This document shows, one piece after another, positions 11,381 to 23,500 of a stretch of 64,000 nt of DNA. Source of the DNA: the human T2T-CHM13v2.0 reference genome, Homo sapiens. The notes under the pieces were generated by a model that was not told the origin of the DNA, did no database searches, and worked only from the letters and a program-made list of their open reading frames with translations. Both the position numbers and the translations under genes were made by a program. Location: assembly GCF_009914755.1 (NCBI RefSeq), contig NC_060938.1, one strand, 5' to 3'. How positions within the stretch are numbered: position 1 is the stretch's first letter; each line of letters starts with the position of its first letter.

Positions 11381-12149
11381 AAATGTTCAGAGACTTGAGG
11401 GCCTCCCCTGCTTGGGAGAGGGTGTGCAGTTTGGCCAGCTCAAGGGCGAGTTCACCCTGAGCAGGACTGTTCTTCTGGCTGGAAGTGAAGGTGGCAGGAG
11501 GAGGTTTCCCTGCTGTTCAGGACCAGCATCACAGCCTGTTCCATGCTGCTGGGGTTGTGGCATTCAGCCACTGGTGTGGGCTTTGTGAAACGAAGATGGA
11601 GCCCAGTGCTAGAGAGGTGCAGTAGCTACTGGCTCCCAAACAAGGGCACACTCCAGAGGTGGCTCTAGTCTCAAGATGGCATCATGCTGCAGCAGCTTGG
11701 GTAACAAGGAATGGGCTGGGGTGGGGAGTGCGTACCTTGCGCTCCTTATCCAGGGCAATTCAGTTGCATGAATTCCCAGCAGGTCTCCAAACTGGGAGAC
11801 TGTGTGATTCTCTTGTAAGGACTGTAGGTGTTTGCTGTGGCAATGAGGGCTGGTGGGAATCTTCTGCTTACTTTTTCCCCAAAATAGGAAGTCCTTCCTG
11901 ACTCCAGGCAGATCGGATCCAGGTGGAGAAGACAGGGCTACAGAGGCCAGATTCCTCCGCACTGTCCTCCTAGACTTCCAATCACCACAGGTGCAACTCC
12001 ACTCCCCCACTGCACACCAGCACTCTACCTTTGACACTCCAGTGAAATCTTGGCTGCTTATTCAATTGCCTTGGTCCTCTCTTGTTGAAACAGGGGATGA
12101 ATGCCAGGCATCTCTAGTCAGCCACCGTTCTCGGGAAAAGTAATTTATG

Positions 12150-12990
12150 TTCTTTCCTTTGTATATTTTGGATACAAGTCCTTTATCAAGTATGTGTTTT
12201 GCAAATATTTTCTCCCAGTCTATGGCTTATCTTTTCACTCTCTTAACAGTGTCTGTCACAGAGCAGCAGTTTTTAGTTTTCATGAAATCTAACATCGATT
12301 TTTTCTTTCATGGATCATGGTTTTTGGGTAATATCTAAAAGTCATTATCAAACTCAAAGTCACCTAGATTTTCTCTTATGTTATCTCCTAAGGGTTTTAT
12401 AGTTCTGCATTTTATATTTAGGTCTATGATCTATTTTGAGTTAATTTTGTGACAAGTATAAGGTCTGTGGCTAGATTCATTATTTTACATGTGTATGTCA
12501 GTTGTTCTGGCATCATTTGTTGTAAAGACTATCATTGCCCCATTGAATTGCCTTTTCTCCTTTGTAAAAAATCAGTTGACTGAATGTATGTGGATTTATT
12601 TCTGGGCTCTCTATTCTGTTCCGCATCTCTTCACTTTTTATCAGTGTCTTTATTTTTAAAGTGGGTTTCTAATAGACAACATATATTTGGATCTCGTTTT
12701 TTATCTTCTCTGATGGTCCCTATCTTAATTTGTGTATTTAGATCATTCACATTTAAAATGATATTAATGCAATTGAGTTAATATCTATTATATTTGTAAC
12801 TGTTTCCTATTTATTGCTCTTGTTCATTCTTTCTATCTGCCACTCTTTTTCTGCCTTCTCCGGTTTTACTTGAGCAATTTAAATTATTCCATTTTACCTC
12901 ATCTTAGCATATCAATTATACCTCTTTCTAGAAAATTTATTTAGATATTGCCCTAGAGTTGCAAAATACATTTATAACTAATCTAAGTCT
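12150..12990 (-). mobile_element. Old L1 (L1MC-like), right part, with an internal jump near 12625
   Basis: Continues the ORF2 sequence interrupted at ~6163 (gtatattttggatacaagtcctttatc...). Confidence 0.8.
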
Positions 12991-12994
12991 AAGG

Positions 12995-13740
12995 ACAACA
13001 GGAGGCCATGGGAGGGTTTTCAATACAGGTATTCCTCTATTTAAGATGTATTTGAGTGATAGATCAGATGTGTTTTAGTGATAGATCACTCTGAGTATAG
13101 TGTGGAGAATAGATTGGAGGGGAGTAAGAGTTGAAGTGAGAAGATTATTTAGGAGATAGTGGTAGTAGGCAAGAAATGATGGGACTCTGAAGGAGGATGG
13201 TGGTAACAGAGTGCCAGTATGGACAGAGACAGATGGATACTAGAGATACACAGTAGGTAGAAGCAACAGGACTTGGCAATTTGATTGGATATAAAAGATT
13301 CCTCAGTTTCCAACTTGAAAAACTCAGTGAATAATGTGACTTTTATTGAAACACCAAACACTGGAGAAGGAAAAGGCAGGGAAAAGATCCTGAGATCAGT
13401 TTTGGTCATGTGAAGTTTGAAGTGAAGTGCTTACGGCATCCCCACAGATAAACGGGTATAAGGTTTGAAGCTCGGGAGAAATTTCATGGCAGGAGATACA
13501 GAGTTAGGGGTCACCAGCCTATAGACAGGAATGGATGAGACTGCCCAAGGAAAGAATGTAAAGTAATAAGGGAAGAGGGTGTAGGTTAGAGCTCTAAGAA
13601 TTCCAATATTTAAGAGACAAGCCGAAAAGGAACTATGGAAAGGAGAGAATAAATAGCTGGAGGAAAAGGAGAAAAATCTGAAAGGTATGGTATCACACAA
13701 GCCAAGTGGAGAGAATATTTCAGAATGAAGAGAATGTCTG
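12995..13740 (-). mobile_element. L2 fragment
   Basis: Purine-rich L2 antisense signature (agatcactctg...gtgtggagaatagattggagggg). Confidence 0.8.
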
Positions 13741-13744
13741 AGGC

Positions 13745-13960
13745 TCACCTTCACAGGTAAAGAAACTGAGATTAAGAAAGCTTAAGTACATTACGCAAAA
13801 AGGCTCACACATAACTCAGGACTCAAACCCAGATTTCCAACTGTGTTCATAACAACTCCATCTTTATGGGCCTGTTTCCTCACCGGTAACACACCGAGAA
13901 AGCAGAGTAGGAAGACAGAGATTAGACTGGATAACTTCTATGATCCCCTTCAAGTTCTAT
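13745..13960. mobile_element. MIR fragments
   Basis: cacaggtaaagaaactgagattaagaaagcttaagt; gggcctgtttcctcacc. Confidence 0.6.
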
Positions 13961-14611
13961 AGGTGTACAACTACCTGAGAAAGTATGGGATAAAGTATAT
14001 GAGTAATCATTGGTGTGCCCTTTAGTTTTTGTTTCTTTATTCCTAATAATAGGACAGACCAGACATGCAATAAATATTTGCTGACTTGAATATGGGTGCA
14101 CACAATTATTGCCAAAGCAAATTCATAGGACACCATTAAATGTCCATTAATGCAGAAGGCATTAGAGGCACAGCTGAAATCTATTAGTAAATAATCATTA
14201 ATTGACCAACATCCACCCTGCCAAATGCTGTTTTTATTTTTTATTTTTCCCCACTGGTTCTTACTTGGCCTGGCCACACAGAGAAAGAAGCCCAGCAGCA
14301 GCTGTATCTATTAGCAATATCATGATATGAAAACATGACAACTGGTTTTAAAATGTGATTATGCAATATGTGTGGTTGCAGGATGATTCTGTATATCTGT
14401 AATTTGCACAATAAATTCATCAGAGATTAGGACTTGCTCTTTCCAGGGCCTGGAAGGAATGTTTGGATTTAGTTTTATTGAGAAAGATAACCGTACCAGT
14501 GCATGCTTTCAAAAAAACCTCCTTTTGTTCAATCACCCAGGGCAGGAACCAGACAGAAATGGATGGCCGCTTGTTGGTGAAGGACTCACAGTGAGGCAAG
14601 GAAGATCTCTT

Positions 14612-14659
14612 CTTCATCATGTTCCCCGTCACTGACTTCATCATGTTCACCGTCACTGA
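14612..14659. repeat. 24-bp tandem duplication in unique sequence
   Basis: cttcatcatgttc(c/a)ccgtcactga x2, one mismatch. Confidence 0.95.
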
Positions 14660-14829
14660 TTTCCCTTAACTCTATGCCTGATCAGAACCCACAAACCAAG
14701 GAGACACACCTGGTCCTGTTGGTCCATTTGCTATTTCGTAGTTGAATTTCACCTCAGCATTCTATATAGAAGATTTGTATTTTTTTCAATCACATGCCCT
14801 AATGTAAATTTCATGCATTCAAGACAGTT

Positions 14830-16200
14830 GATTGGTTTCCAAAAAATTAAATACAGAATTGCCAAATACATAATATAACAATTCCACTTAAAGAAGAGAA
14901 TTTAACAGATCTTTGAACACTAATGTTCACAGCAACATTCATGGCAGCTAAAAGGTAGAAACAACCCAAGTATCATCAATAGATGAATAGACAAATAAAA
15001 CATGGTGTAGAGGATATGGAGAAAAGGGAACCCCTGTACACTGTTGGGGGGAATGTAAATTAGTACAACCACTATGAAAAACAGTTTGGAGGTTCCTCAA
15101 AAAACTAAAAATACAGCTATCATATGGTCCAGCAATCCCACTGCTGGGTATATACCCAAAAGAAAGGAAATCAGTATATCAAAGAGATATCTGCACTCCC
15201 ATGTTTGTTGCAGCACTGCTTACAATAGCTAAGAATTGGAATCAACCTAAGTGTCTATCAGCAGATGAACGGTTAAAGAAAATGTGATATGTATACACAG
15301 TGGAATACTATTCAGCCATAAAAAAGAATTAGATCGTGTCATTTGCAACAACATGGATGGAACTGGAGGTCATTATGTTAAGTGAAATAAGCCAGGCACA
15401 GAAAGACAAACATTGTCTGTTCTCACTTATTTGTTGGAGCTAAAGATAAAAACAATTGAACTCATGGACATAGAGAGTGGAAGGATGGCTACCAGAGACT
15501 AGGAAGGGGAGTGGGGGGCTGGTGGCAAAAATGAGGATGGTTAATAGGTACAAAAAAAAAATAAAATGAATAAGACCTAATATTAATATTTTATAGCACA
15601 ATAAGGTGACTATAGACAATAATAATTGTACATTATAAAATAACTAAAAAAGTGTAATTGAATTATTTGTAACACGAAGGATAAATGCCTGAGGGGATAG
15701 ACATCCCATTCTCCATGATGTGATAACTTCACGTTGCATGCCTGTATCAAGACATCTCATGTACCCCATAAATATATATATGTACTATGTACCCACAAAA
15801 GTTTAAAAAATAATTTAAGTATGGTATATACATACAATGGAATACTATTCAGCCTTAGAAAGGGATGAAATTCTCATATGTGCTACAACATGGATGAACC
15901 TTGAAGACATTATGGTAAGTGAAATAAGCCAGACACAAAAGGACAAATACTGTATTATTTCACTTATATGAGGCATCTAGAAGAGTCAAATTCATGGAGA
16001 CAAAAAGTAGGATAGAGGTACCAGAAACTGGGGAGAAAGGGAAATGTGGAGTTATTGTTTAACAGACACAAAGTTTCCACTTGGGACAAAGAAAACATTC
16101 TTGAGATGAATAATGGTAACGGCTGCACAATAATGTAAGTGCACTTAATACTTAAAATAGTAAGTTTTGTGTTATGTGTATTTTATCACATTAAAGAAAT
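14830..16200 (+). mobile_element. L1MB-like 3' end with a younger L1MA-like 3' end (~15010-15815) nested inside
   Basis: Two L1 3' UTR series; the outer one breaks at aaaacatggtgta (~15000) and resumes at aagtatggtatatacatacaatgg (~15818). Confidence 0.85.
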
Positions 16201-16259
16201 ATTATGCCTACAACTTCTAGTATAATAGAAAGAGGCCGAGTTTGAAGATAAGAGGAAGT

Positions 16260-17075
16260 TAAGAGTCCTAGTTCTGGTACTTGCAGGCTGTGTAATTTGG
16301 GGAAAGTCATTTAGCCTCTCAAAGGATCAGTTTTCTCATGTCTAAAATGGGACCGAAGGGATGCAGAAAAAAGTTCGAAGAGGGAAGTTTATAGCAATAA
16401 ACACCAAAATCAAAAAAGAAGAAAGATCTCAAATAACATAGTATTACACCTCACTAAATTAGAAAAAGAACAAACTAAACCCAAAGTTAGTAGAAAGAAG
16501 GAAATATTAAAGAGCAAAGCAGAAATAAATGGAATAGACACCAGAAAAATAGTAGGAAAAAAACAATAAAACTAAGAGTGGCTTTTTTAAAAGATAAACA
16601 AAATTCAAAAAAGAGAAGACTCAAATAAATTCAATCAGAAGAAATGAAATAGGAGACATTACAACTGATACCATGAAAATACAAAGGATCATAAAAGATG
16701 ACTGTGAACAATTATACACCAACAAATTGGATAATCTAGAAGAAATGGATAAGTTCCTAGACACACAACCTACCAAGACTGAATCATGAAAAAATAGAAA
16801 ATCTGAACAGACCAATAACAAGTAAGGGCTTTAAATCAGTAATAAAAATATCCTATCAAAGAAAAGCCCAGAATCTGATGGCTTCACTGCTGAATTCTAC
16901 CCAGCAATTAAAGGATTAAAGCAATTCTCAAACTCTTCTAAAAAATTGAAGAAGAAAGAATAAAATGAAACAATAATCACTAGTTTGCGTGGTTGTTCTG
17001 AGATTTAGAGATAATACATGTAAACACCTAACATAATATCTGGTCTCCAGTGAGTGCCATTAAATGGTATTCTTA
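16260..17075 (+). mobile_element. MIR split by an internal L1 ORF2 fragment (16354-16960, +)
   Basis: MIR core tcagttttctcatgtctaaaatggg continues after the L1 as taaaatgaaacaataatcac...ggttgttctgagattt; insert is L1 ORF2-like (caacaaattggataatctagaagaaatggataagttcctag). Confidence 0.8.
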
Positions 17076-17386
<311 letters not shown>

Positions 17387-18522
17387 TACACATTTCAATT
17401 CAAAGAATAATACATGTAAAGAACAAATTCACTTTTCAAAATTTGAAATTATATACATAAATTATGTAGGTCACTCTTACCAATAACTGTTTGCTAAAGA
17501 GAAATTGTTTAATACCAAAATACTTTATTCTAAGCTTTGCTTTCACCATCAATTCTAACTTGGTCATAAATCACAGCAATAAAGGCTGCCTCCATGTGAG
17601 TCTGAATGTCTAAGCTCCAAGAGCCAAAAGATGATTTTGTTTTTCATCTACCTTTGGGTTCCAGCTTACAAATATTTTCATTAAACATCTAATGACTTTG
17701 CAATGAAGTTACTATTTCTCTGTTCAGTGCCCAATTTAAAGCTAAACAAGTGGAAAGATTTAATATAATTTAATATAATTATTGCCTCATAAAATATCTA
17801 GGGTTGGAATTAATCCCTAAATTACCTGTACGTATACATAACTTTAGGAAGACACACTAAGTAAAAAGCAATTCCTTTTGTGCTGTTTTGTAAGGTTGAA
17901 GGCAGAAAAACAGCTTCTGTTCAGAGGAGGCCCCCAGTGAATTAAGGTTAAAAGGATTTGCCCTTGCAGGACCCCAGGTCTCTAATTGGGGCCTTCAATT
18001 CCTGTAATCCAGAAGGATTGAGACCAGACGCTTCTAGATTATTGCCAAAGCCCACAGGTGACTCAAAAGGAAAAAACAATTAGTGCCCCAAAAACCCTTC
18101 AGATAGAAAAGAGGTATTTAATGAAACCTGAAGCAGGCCCAGCCAGGGCAAGCTTCTTAGTGAATATTCAGCCATTAGCAAAAGGGAAGAAAATCTATTT
18201 ATTTCCCTGTTCAGTTTTAATTTCACTAAATATCTGAGGTTTTTCTTTCTAGGGTACATTAATTTGCTACTTTAAAGGGACTACAAGGGTGATTATATCC
18301 ATATTTAAGAAAGATAGTTTTCTTTGCAATGCCACAATCTTTAATAGTAATAAAAATAAAACATATCATATAAAGAATTCAAATTCTATACATTTTTATT
18401 CTTGTAACACATAAGCCTGTGTGAAGAATCTAAAATCTTACAAACCCATTAAACTGCAAGAACAATTCAAGCAGGAAAGATTAGTATGGAAGGAAGGTTC
18501 TAGAAGCTAGGCTCCAAATGTA

Positions 18523-18700
18523 CAGTGGTTCTCAACCTGGGCTGCACACTGGAATCACATGAGGAATTTTTTAAAATACCAATGCCCTCTACCCACCCAT
18601 GAAGATTGTGACATAATCGGTCTGGGGGCAGCCTGGACATTAAGGATTTTAAAATCTCACCAGGTGATTCTAAAGTGCATCTAAGGCTGAGAATGACCTC
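18523..18700. mobile_element. MER5-like hAT-Charlie MITE
   Basis: cagtggttctcaacc...ctaaggctgagaatgacc termini. Confidence 0.8.
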
Positions 18701-18748
18701 TTTAAAGAAAAGTCAACAGGAGTATCGAAGACAATCATCTATTCCATT

Positions 18749-18925
18749 CAGGACCAGCTGCATGATTTTCAGGGCCCAGTGCAAAATGAAAATATGGGTC
18801 CCCTTGTTTCAAAATTACTAAGAATTCAAGATGACGAGAGGCAAGCATTAAACCAAGCGTGGGGTTCCTCTAAGCACAGGGCCCTGTCTGAGTGTCCAAG
18901 TCACAGGCCCATGAAACTGGCCTTG
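18749..18925. mobile_element. MER91-like hAT (Tip100) MITE
   Basis: Imperfect TIRs caggaccag/ctggccttg and perfect 8-bp TSD attccatt (18741-18748, 18926-18933). Confidence 0.85.
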
Positions 18926-19257
18926 ATTCCATTCTTTACTAAACCAAACTTTTATTTTTTAGGAACTAGTTTCTTTGGAATGGTGAGGAAATATGTCATC
19001 TTCTCAATGTGGTATTCACTGTGTCTCTAGGATCCCACAAGTAACTAATCTCTGAGCAATATCATTGTCTATTTAAACAGCCTGATTTGCCTTGAAAGCT
19101 CCCTCACTCTGTCAAGATGAATAAAAGGCAGAACTATAGAACGATTTTATAGAGACAATTGGGAATTTCACTTCGTAACCTCATCTACAATAAAAAAAAA
19201 CTTACCTATGAAGTATTAACTCTGAACGAAGGCTTCTTGGTCTAGAAAATAAAACAT

Positions 19258-19511
19258 CTGGACGCAGCTGCTCATGGCTATATTCCCAACACTGGGAGGC
19301 CAAGGTGGGTGAATCGCCCTGGGCAATAGAGTAAGATCCCGGTCTCTACAAAAAATGCAAAAATTAGCTAGATGTGGTGAAGCATGCCTATAGTCCTAGC
19401 TACTCAGGAGGCTGAGGTGGGAGGATCACACGATCCAACCACTGCACTCCAGCCTGGGCGACAGAGTAAAACCTTGTCTCAAAAATAAATAAATAAACAC
19501 AACAAACAAAA
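19258..19511 (+). mobile_element. Alu (AluJ-like, internally deleted)
   Basis: Both arms present with deletions. Confidence 0.9.
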
Positions 19512-20114
19512 ATCTTTGAGTCTGGAATAGTCTCTTTTAAAAACTCACTAATTCTCACATCTCTGCCCCATGCATCTGGCAATTATCACACTACAAATTT
19601 TATTAGCCAACATCTACAGTAAAGATTCAAACTTCTAAGCCTCCATTTGTTTAACAAATTGTTCTTATCTATTTACCAAAAGATATAATATCTGTTTACC
19701 AGTATGTATAGTTCTTATCTATTTACCAATATTTGTAGTATATTAAATATTACTATAATTTCTGGGAAAACCTGATAATCAAATATGTAGGAACTCCCTA
19801 ATTGCAAATTTTGTCACTCTAGTCTTTTCAGGTTAAAGGATCACTTTTTTCTCTCTTTCACATTATACAATGTTAGGAGAGCCCCCTGCTGTCCAAAGTA
19901 AAATTCTAATTTCAGAAAATTTAAATAAATGGAGCACAATGCCTGCCCTCTCCTCACCCAGTTTATCCTCTTAGTATCACTGCTCTTGGAACTAATAGGG
20001 GAAGATTTAAGATTAGAGAGAATTAGAAAAAAGCTGTGAAAAACAGGCTTTGACTTGGGAGGGAAAAAAAAGTCAGACTCCTAGTTAGATAGATCTCAGA
20101 TGCCCAATCACCCC

Positions 20115-20115
<1 letters not shown>

Positions 20116-20163
<48 letters not shown>

Positions 20164-20167
20164 ACAC
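20116..20167. repeat. (CA)n microsatellite
   Basis: Direct read. Confidence 0.97.
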
Positions 20168-20239
20168 GCTTCAGCCTCTACCCAACATTTCTAACCCTTC
20201 ACTTCTCATTTGCATTTTGCAATGCTCCACTGTCTGAGA

Positions 20240-20590
20240 TCCGTTAGGTTGAAATGAACCAGAAACTCAGGGGATGAGAGCCCAGCAATCTGTGTTTTAA
20301 TAAGCCCACCAGAGGATTCTGATGCATGCCAAAGTTTGAGAAACACTAATTTACAACATTACCTCTTCTGATGAAATGAGAGATTTCATTTCAGAGGCAC
20401 ACAATCTAAATGTTCATAAGTGACTCAAGGAGTTTGTTACAAATCCAGATAGATTTGCAGGCCCCACCTCACCCTCAGATATTTTGATTCAGTAAGTCTA
20501 CAGTAGGATCCAGAAATCTGTATTGAACAAGCACCACCGGTGATTCCAATGCAAGTTAATGGAAGGACCATACTTCCTAAGTCACTAATA
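20240..20590. mobile_element. Two MER5-like MITE fragments
   Basis: aatctgtgttttaataagcccaccagaggattctgatgc...gtttgagaaacact; gattcagtaagtctacagtaggatccagaaatctg. Confidence 0.7.
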
Positions 20591-23500
20591 TAGTGAGTGG
20601 GGTGGGTAATTCTAGAGCATGGAGCACATTAGGAATATGTTAGACTTGAGTGGGAAACCACAAGGTGGGAAGCATTAAAGATAGCATGGGAGTCCTGGTT
20701 CCTTGGGAGAAGGGTGCAGAAAAGGAAGCTGGCACTGGCCAAATATAAATTGTTCTTGTTTTAAAATATTTTGCCTGGGTTTTGTTCTGCTTCATAAAAA
20801 CAAAAGACCCTACTTCCTTCTCATCTCTATTACTGCATGGCTCCTTTCTACAGGCCCCAGAAATCAGGCTACAGTTATTGTGAAAGTCATTATGGTTTAA
20901 TTGAACTTTTGTTGACTAGTCAGAGAAACTAACCATCATATATGATCATTTTTATGGGAATGTGTTCCTATAGAACAAATATTTAAAAGAAACTTTTGGA
21001 ACATAACCCTTTTATAAGTTGGGAATTGGCTGATTTTATTTAATTTTTCATAATTTTGTCTTGAACTTATGGATATGCCAAATAGTGAGTAGGGAAGAGT
21101 TTTACAGTGAGTGGCTGCCAAATTAAAGTTTAATTTGATTTAAACTTTAGAATATGTAATCACTGATATATATAACCCTAAGTCTTACTGAGTATATAGT
21201 AGTCTTTTTATTGCTTGCTGTCCCACAATATACAATAAATGGCAGCTGCATACATTAATGTACAGAGTATGCATTATATATCTATATCAATACTGAATAC
21301 ATCACACATGCACAATGTATTATATAACTGTCTCATATGCATATATTACAGGTACTTTATATAATATAGAATGCATATGTATAACCAATTTAGGAACAAG
21401 CAGTATCATGAGATGTTACGTGGCAGTACACTCTGTTTTTAAGAGTTTGGCCCTGAAGAGATTAGAAATATATGAACATTGAGTCCAATTATTCACACAA
21501 CTATTCAAAACAGTATTTTGGGGAAAAACATATGTTCAAAACCTCTCCTCAAAGAATATCCCAAAACTTCAGTGCTAAATGAAACCACGATCAAATGCTA
21601 GATTCTGAACAGCAAATATGGTCTGTGGATTCCAAAGTGGATCAGATAAGAGTGGACCAAGCTAAAGCCACTCCCTCACCTGCCCTGCAAAAAACAATTT
21701 AAAGCAACTTTATCTCCAAAGGGGGAAAAAATCATATTATTCTAAAACAGCAACCCAAAATGATTAGCCTGAAATACTTCCTCTATGTGCCCCATGTAGA
21801 ACTCTGATTTTTTACCTCCTCTTATAAACCTGCTTCCCACAATACTTCCAAGGAAGCAGATAAGAAGAGAGCCCTCCACTAACTAGGCTGAGCTTTCTCT
21901 GTTTAGGGAGAAGGTGGGTGTTGCTCAATAGGAAGAAACCCTATATTCCTGATTTACCTGGCCAACCCAACCCATCCTCCCCTGGGGATGTTTCTGGCAA
22001 CCCCTTTCTTCTTGGACTGCATCCAGCTAACACCCCATGTGAGAAACAACTGCCACTTTACGCTGATCACACTCCTTAGCATTCCCAACTTAAGTTCTGT
22101 TATGAGTGTTAAGGGTCCCCAGGTGGATATTTTACCATGGAATCTGCATTTTTTTCCCTTGGTCTTTTGAAACATCCATAAACACCTAATAACTTTTCTT
22201 ACCAGAAATACTGCAGCAATTGTTTTAAAAAAAAAAAAAGCCAGCAACCTCTAATGCAATTTAGCGCTTTGGGACATCCCTCTTCTGCCTCCATTGCACC
22301 CTTCCAAATACAGCCCTTCAACAGCTAAGGCTATGCCAAAAGTTTGTCGGGCCAACCAAACAAAACAAAAACTCAGGGCATTTAGGTAGTAAATACCATA
22401 TTTCTCAAGAACACTCCCAGGAAAGCCTTGATAACTTTCAGCAAAAGCAAAAGCACTCCCTTGTAAGATGAAAATGAATAGTGATTCAGAGATGAAGTAG
22501 ATCTTTTCATTCCAAAAGTAGATGTAACTGGGAATTAAAAGCCCTCTAAGGCCAAGGAGGGTAAAGCCCAAGAACTCAGCTTTTCAGCACAAGCAAAAGA
22601 TGACCATCTCCACTGCCTCCAAGTGGCGGTTAGTTCTTGCTGCAGAGCACCAGCACCACCTCGTGTGCAAAAGCGTTTTGTTTTGTTTCCTCGAGAACCA
22701 CTAGAAGCCTACAGTCTCTGCATTCTGAATCACAGTCTTTACCAGATTTTCAGAAGAGGCTGCAGGCAGAGAAAGCCCAAAAAGACTGTTCCTGCCTCTG
22801 GCCAGAAGGTGAAATCTTGGGAATTATCTGTAAGCACTATGTCCAGTATAGTCTTTAGCACGTTGTAACTATTTGTTTACTCACTTGACACCCCACTGAC
22901 CCTGAACTCACAGAAAGAAGAGACTTTCTTCCATCTTTTTATTCCCAGAGTATCCCAGCCCTTGGCACAGAGTTGGCACATGGTAGAGATTTAACAAATA
23001 CCTGATATATGAAAAGGATTCAGTAGAATTTTTAGGTGGGAAAACAAATTAGATCTAACATCAATACCAAACATCTTCCTCCAAATAGCTCTGCAGATTA
23101 CATTGTAAAATTTACCTTTAGAATTTGATCAAATACAAGAAATGAAACCAACTTTGAGACACAAAAGTGCATTGATGTGTCTGGAAATTTCAATGAAAAA
23201 TTAAGTGATTTCTAATTGACTTGCCTGAAGGATGAATTATGAAAGCGAGCATTTCTGAAAATAGGTAACAAAGCCCTAATACTCAAACTTGCCAGAATTA
23301 TCCTACAAATTCTCATACACCTAAATACATGTCATATATTAGTACAGCTTTAGAAATAATTTGGGCAATCTTATGATAATAAAACAATCTAAGAGCACTT
23401 ATAACTACTCAGCTTCTTTCTAGGAGTCCTATGTAATGCTCTAACATTCAGAAAGTAAGTAAAACTGAATTATTAAAAGCCACCCAATGTGGAGTTTTGC

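Larger units (their letters stand above)
6164..12140 (-). mobile_element. Near full-length L1 (L1MA-like) with internal deletion, nested in the older L1
   Basis: 3' UTR at ~6170, ORF2 remnants to ~9900, ORF1 remnants ~10040-10600, GC-richer 5' UTR ending (minus strand) gagaacggtggctgactagag like L1 5' termini; degenerate flanking repeat ctttg(c/t)atat at 6154-6163 and 12157-12166. Confidence 0.85.

Noticed and set aside
10705-12143. Cluster of overlapping 60-140 aa ORFs
   Set aside because: They lie in the GC-richer L1 5' UTR where stop codons are scarce; no recognisable protein.
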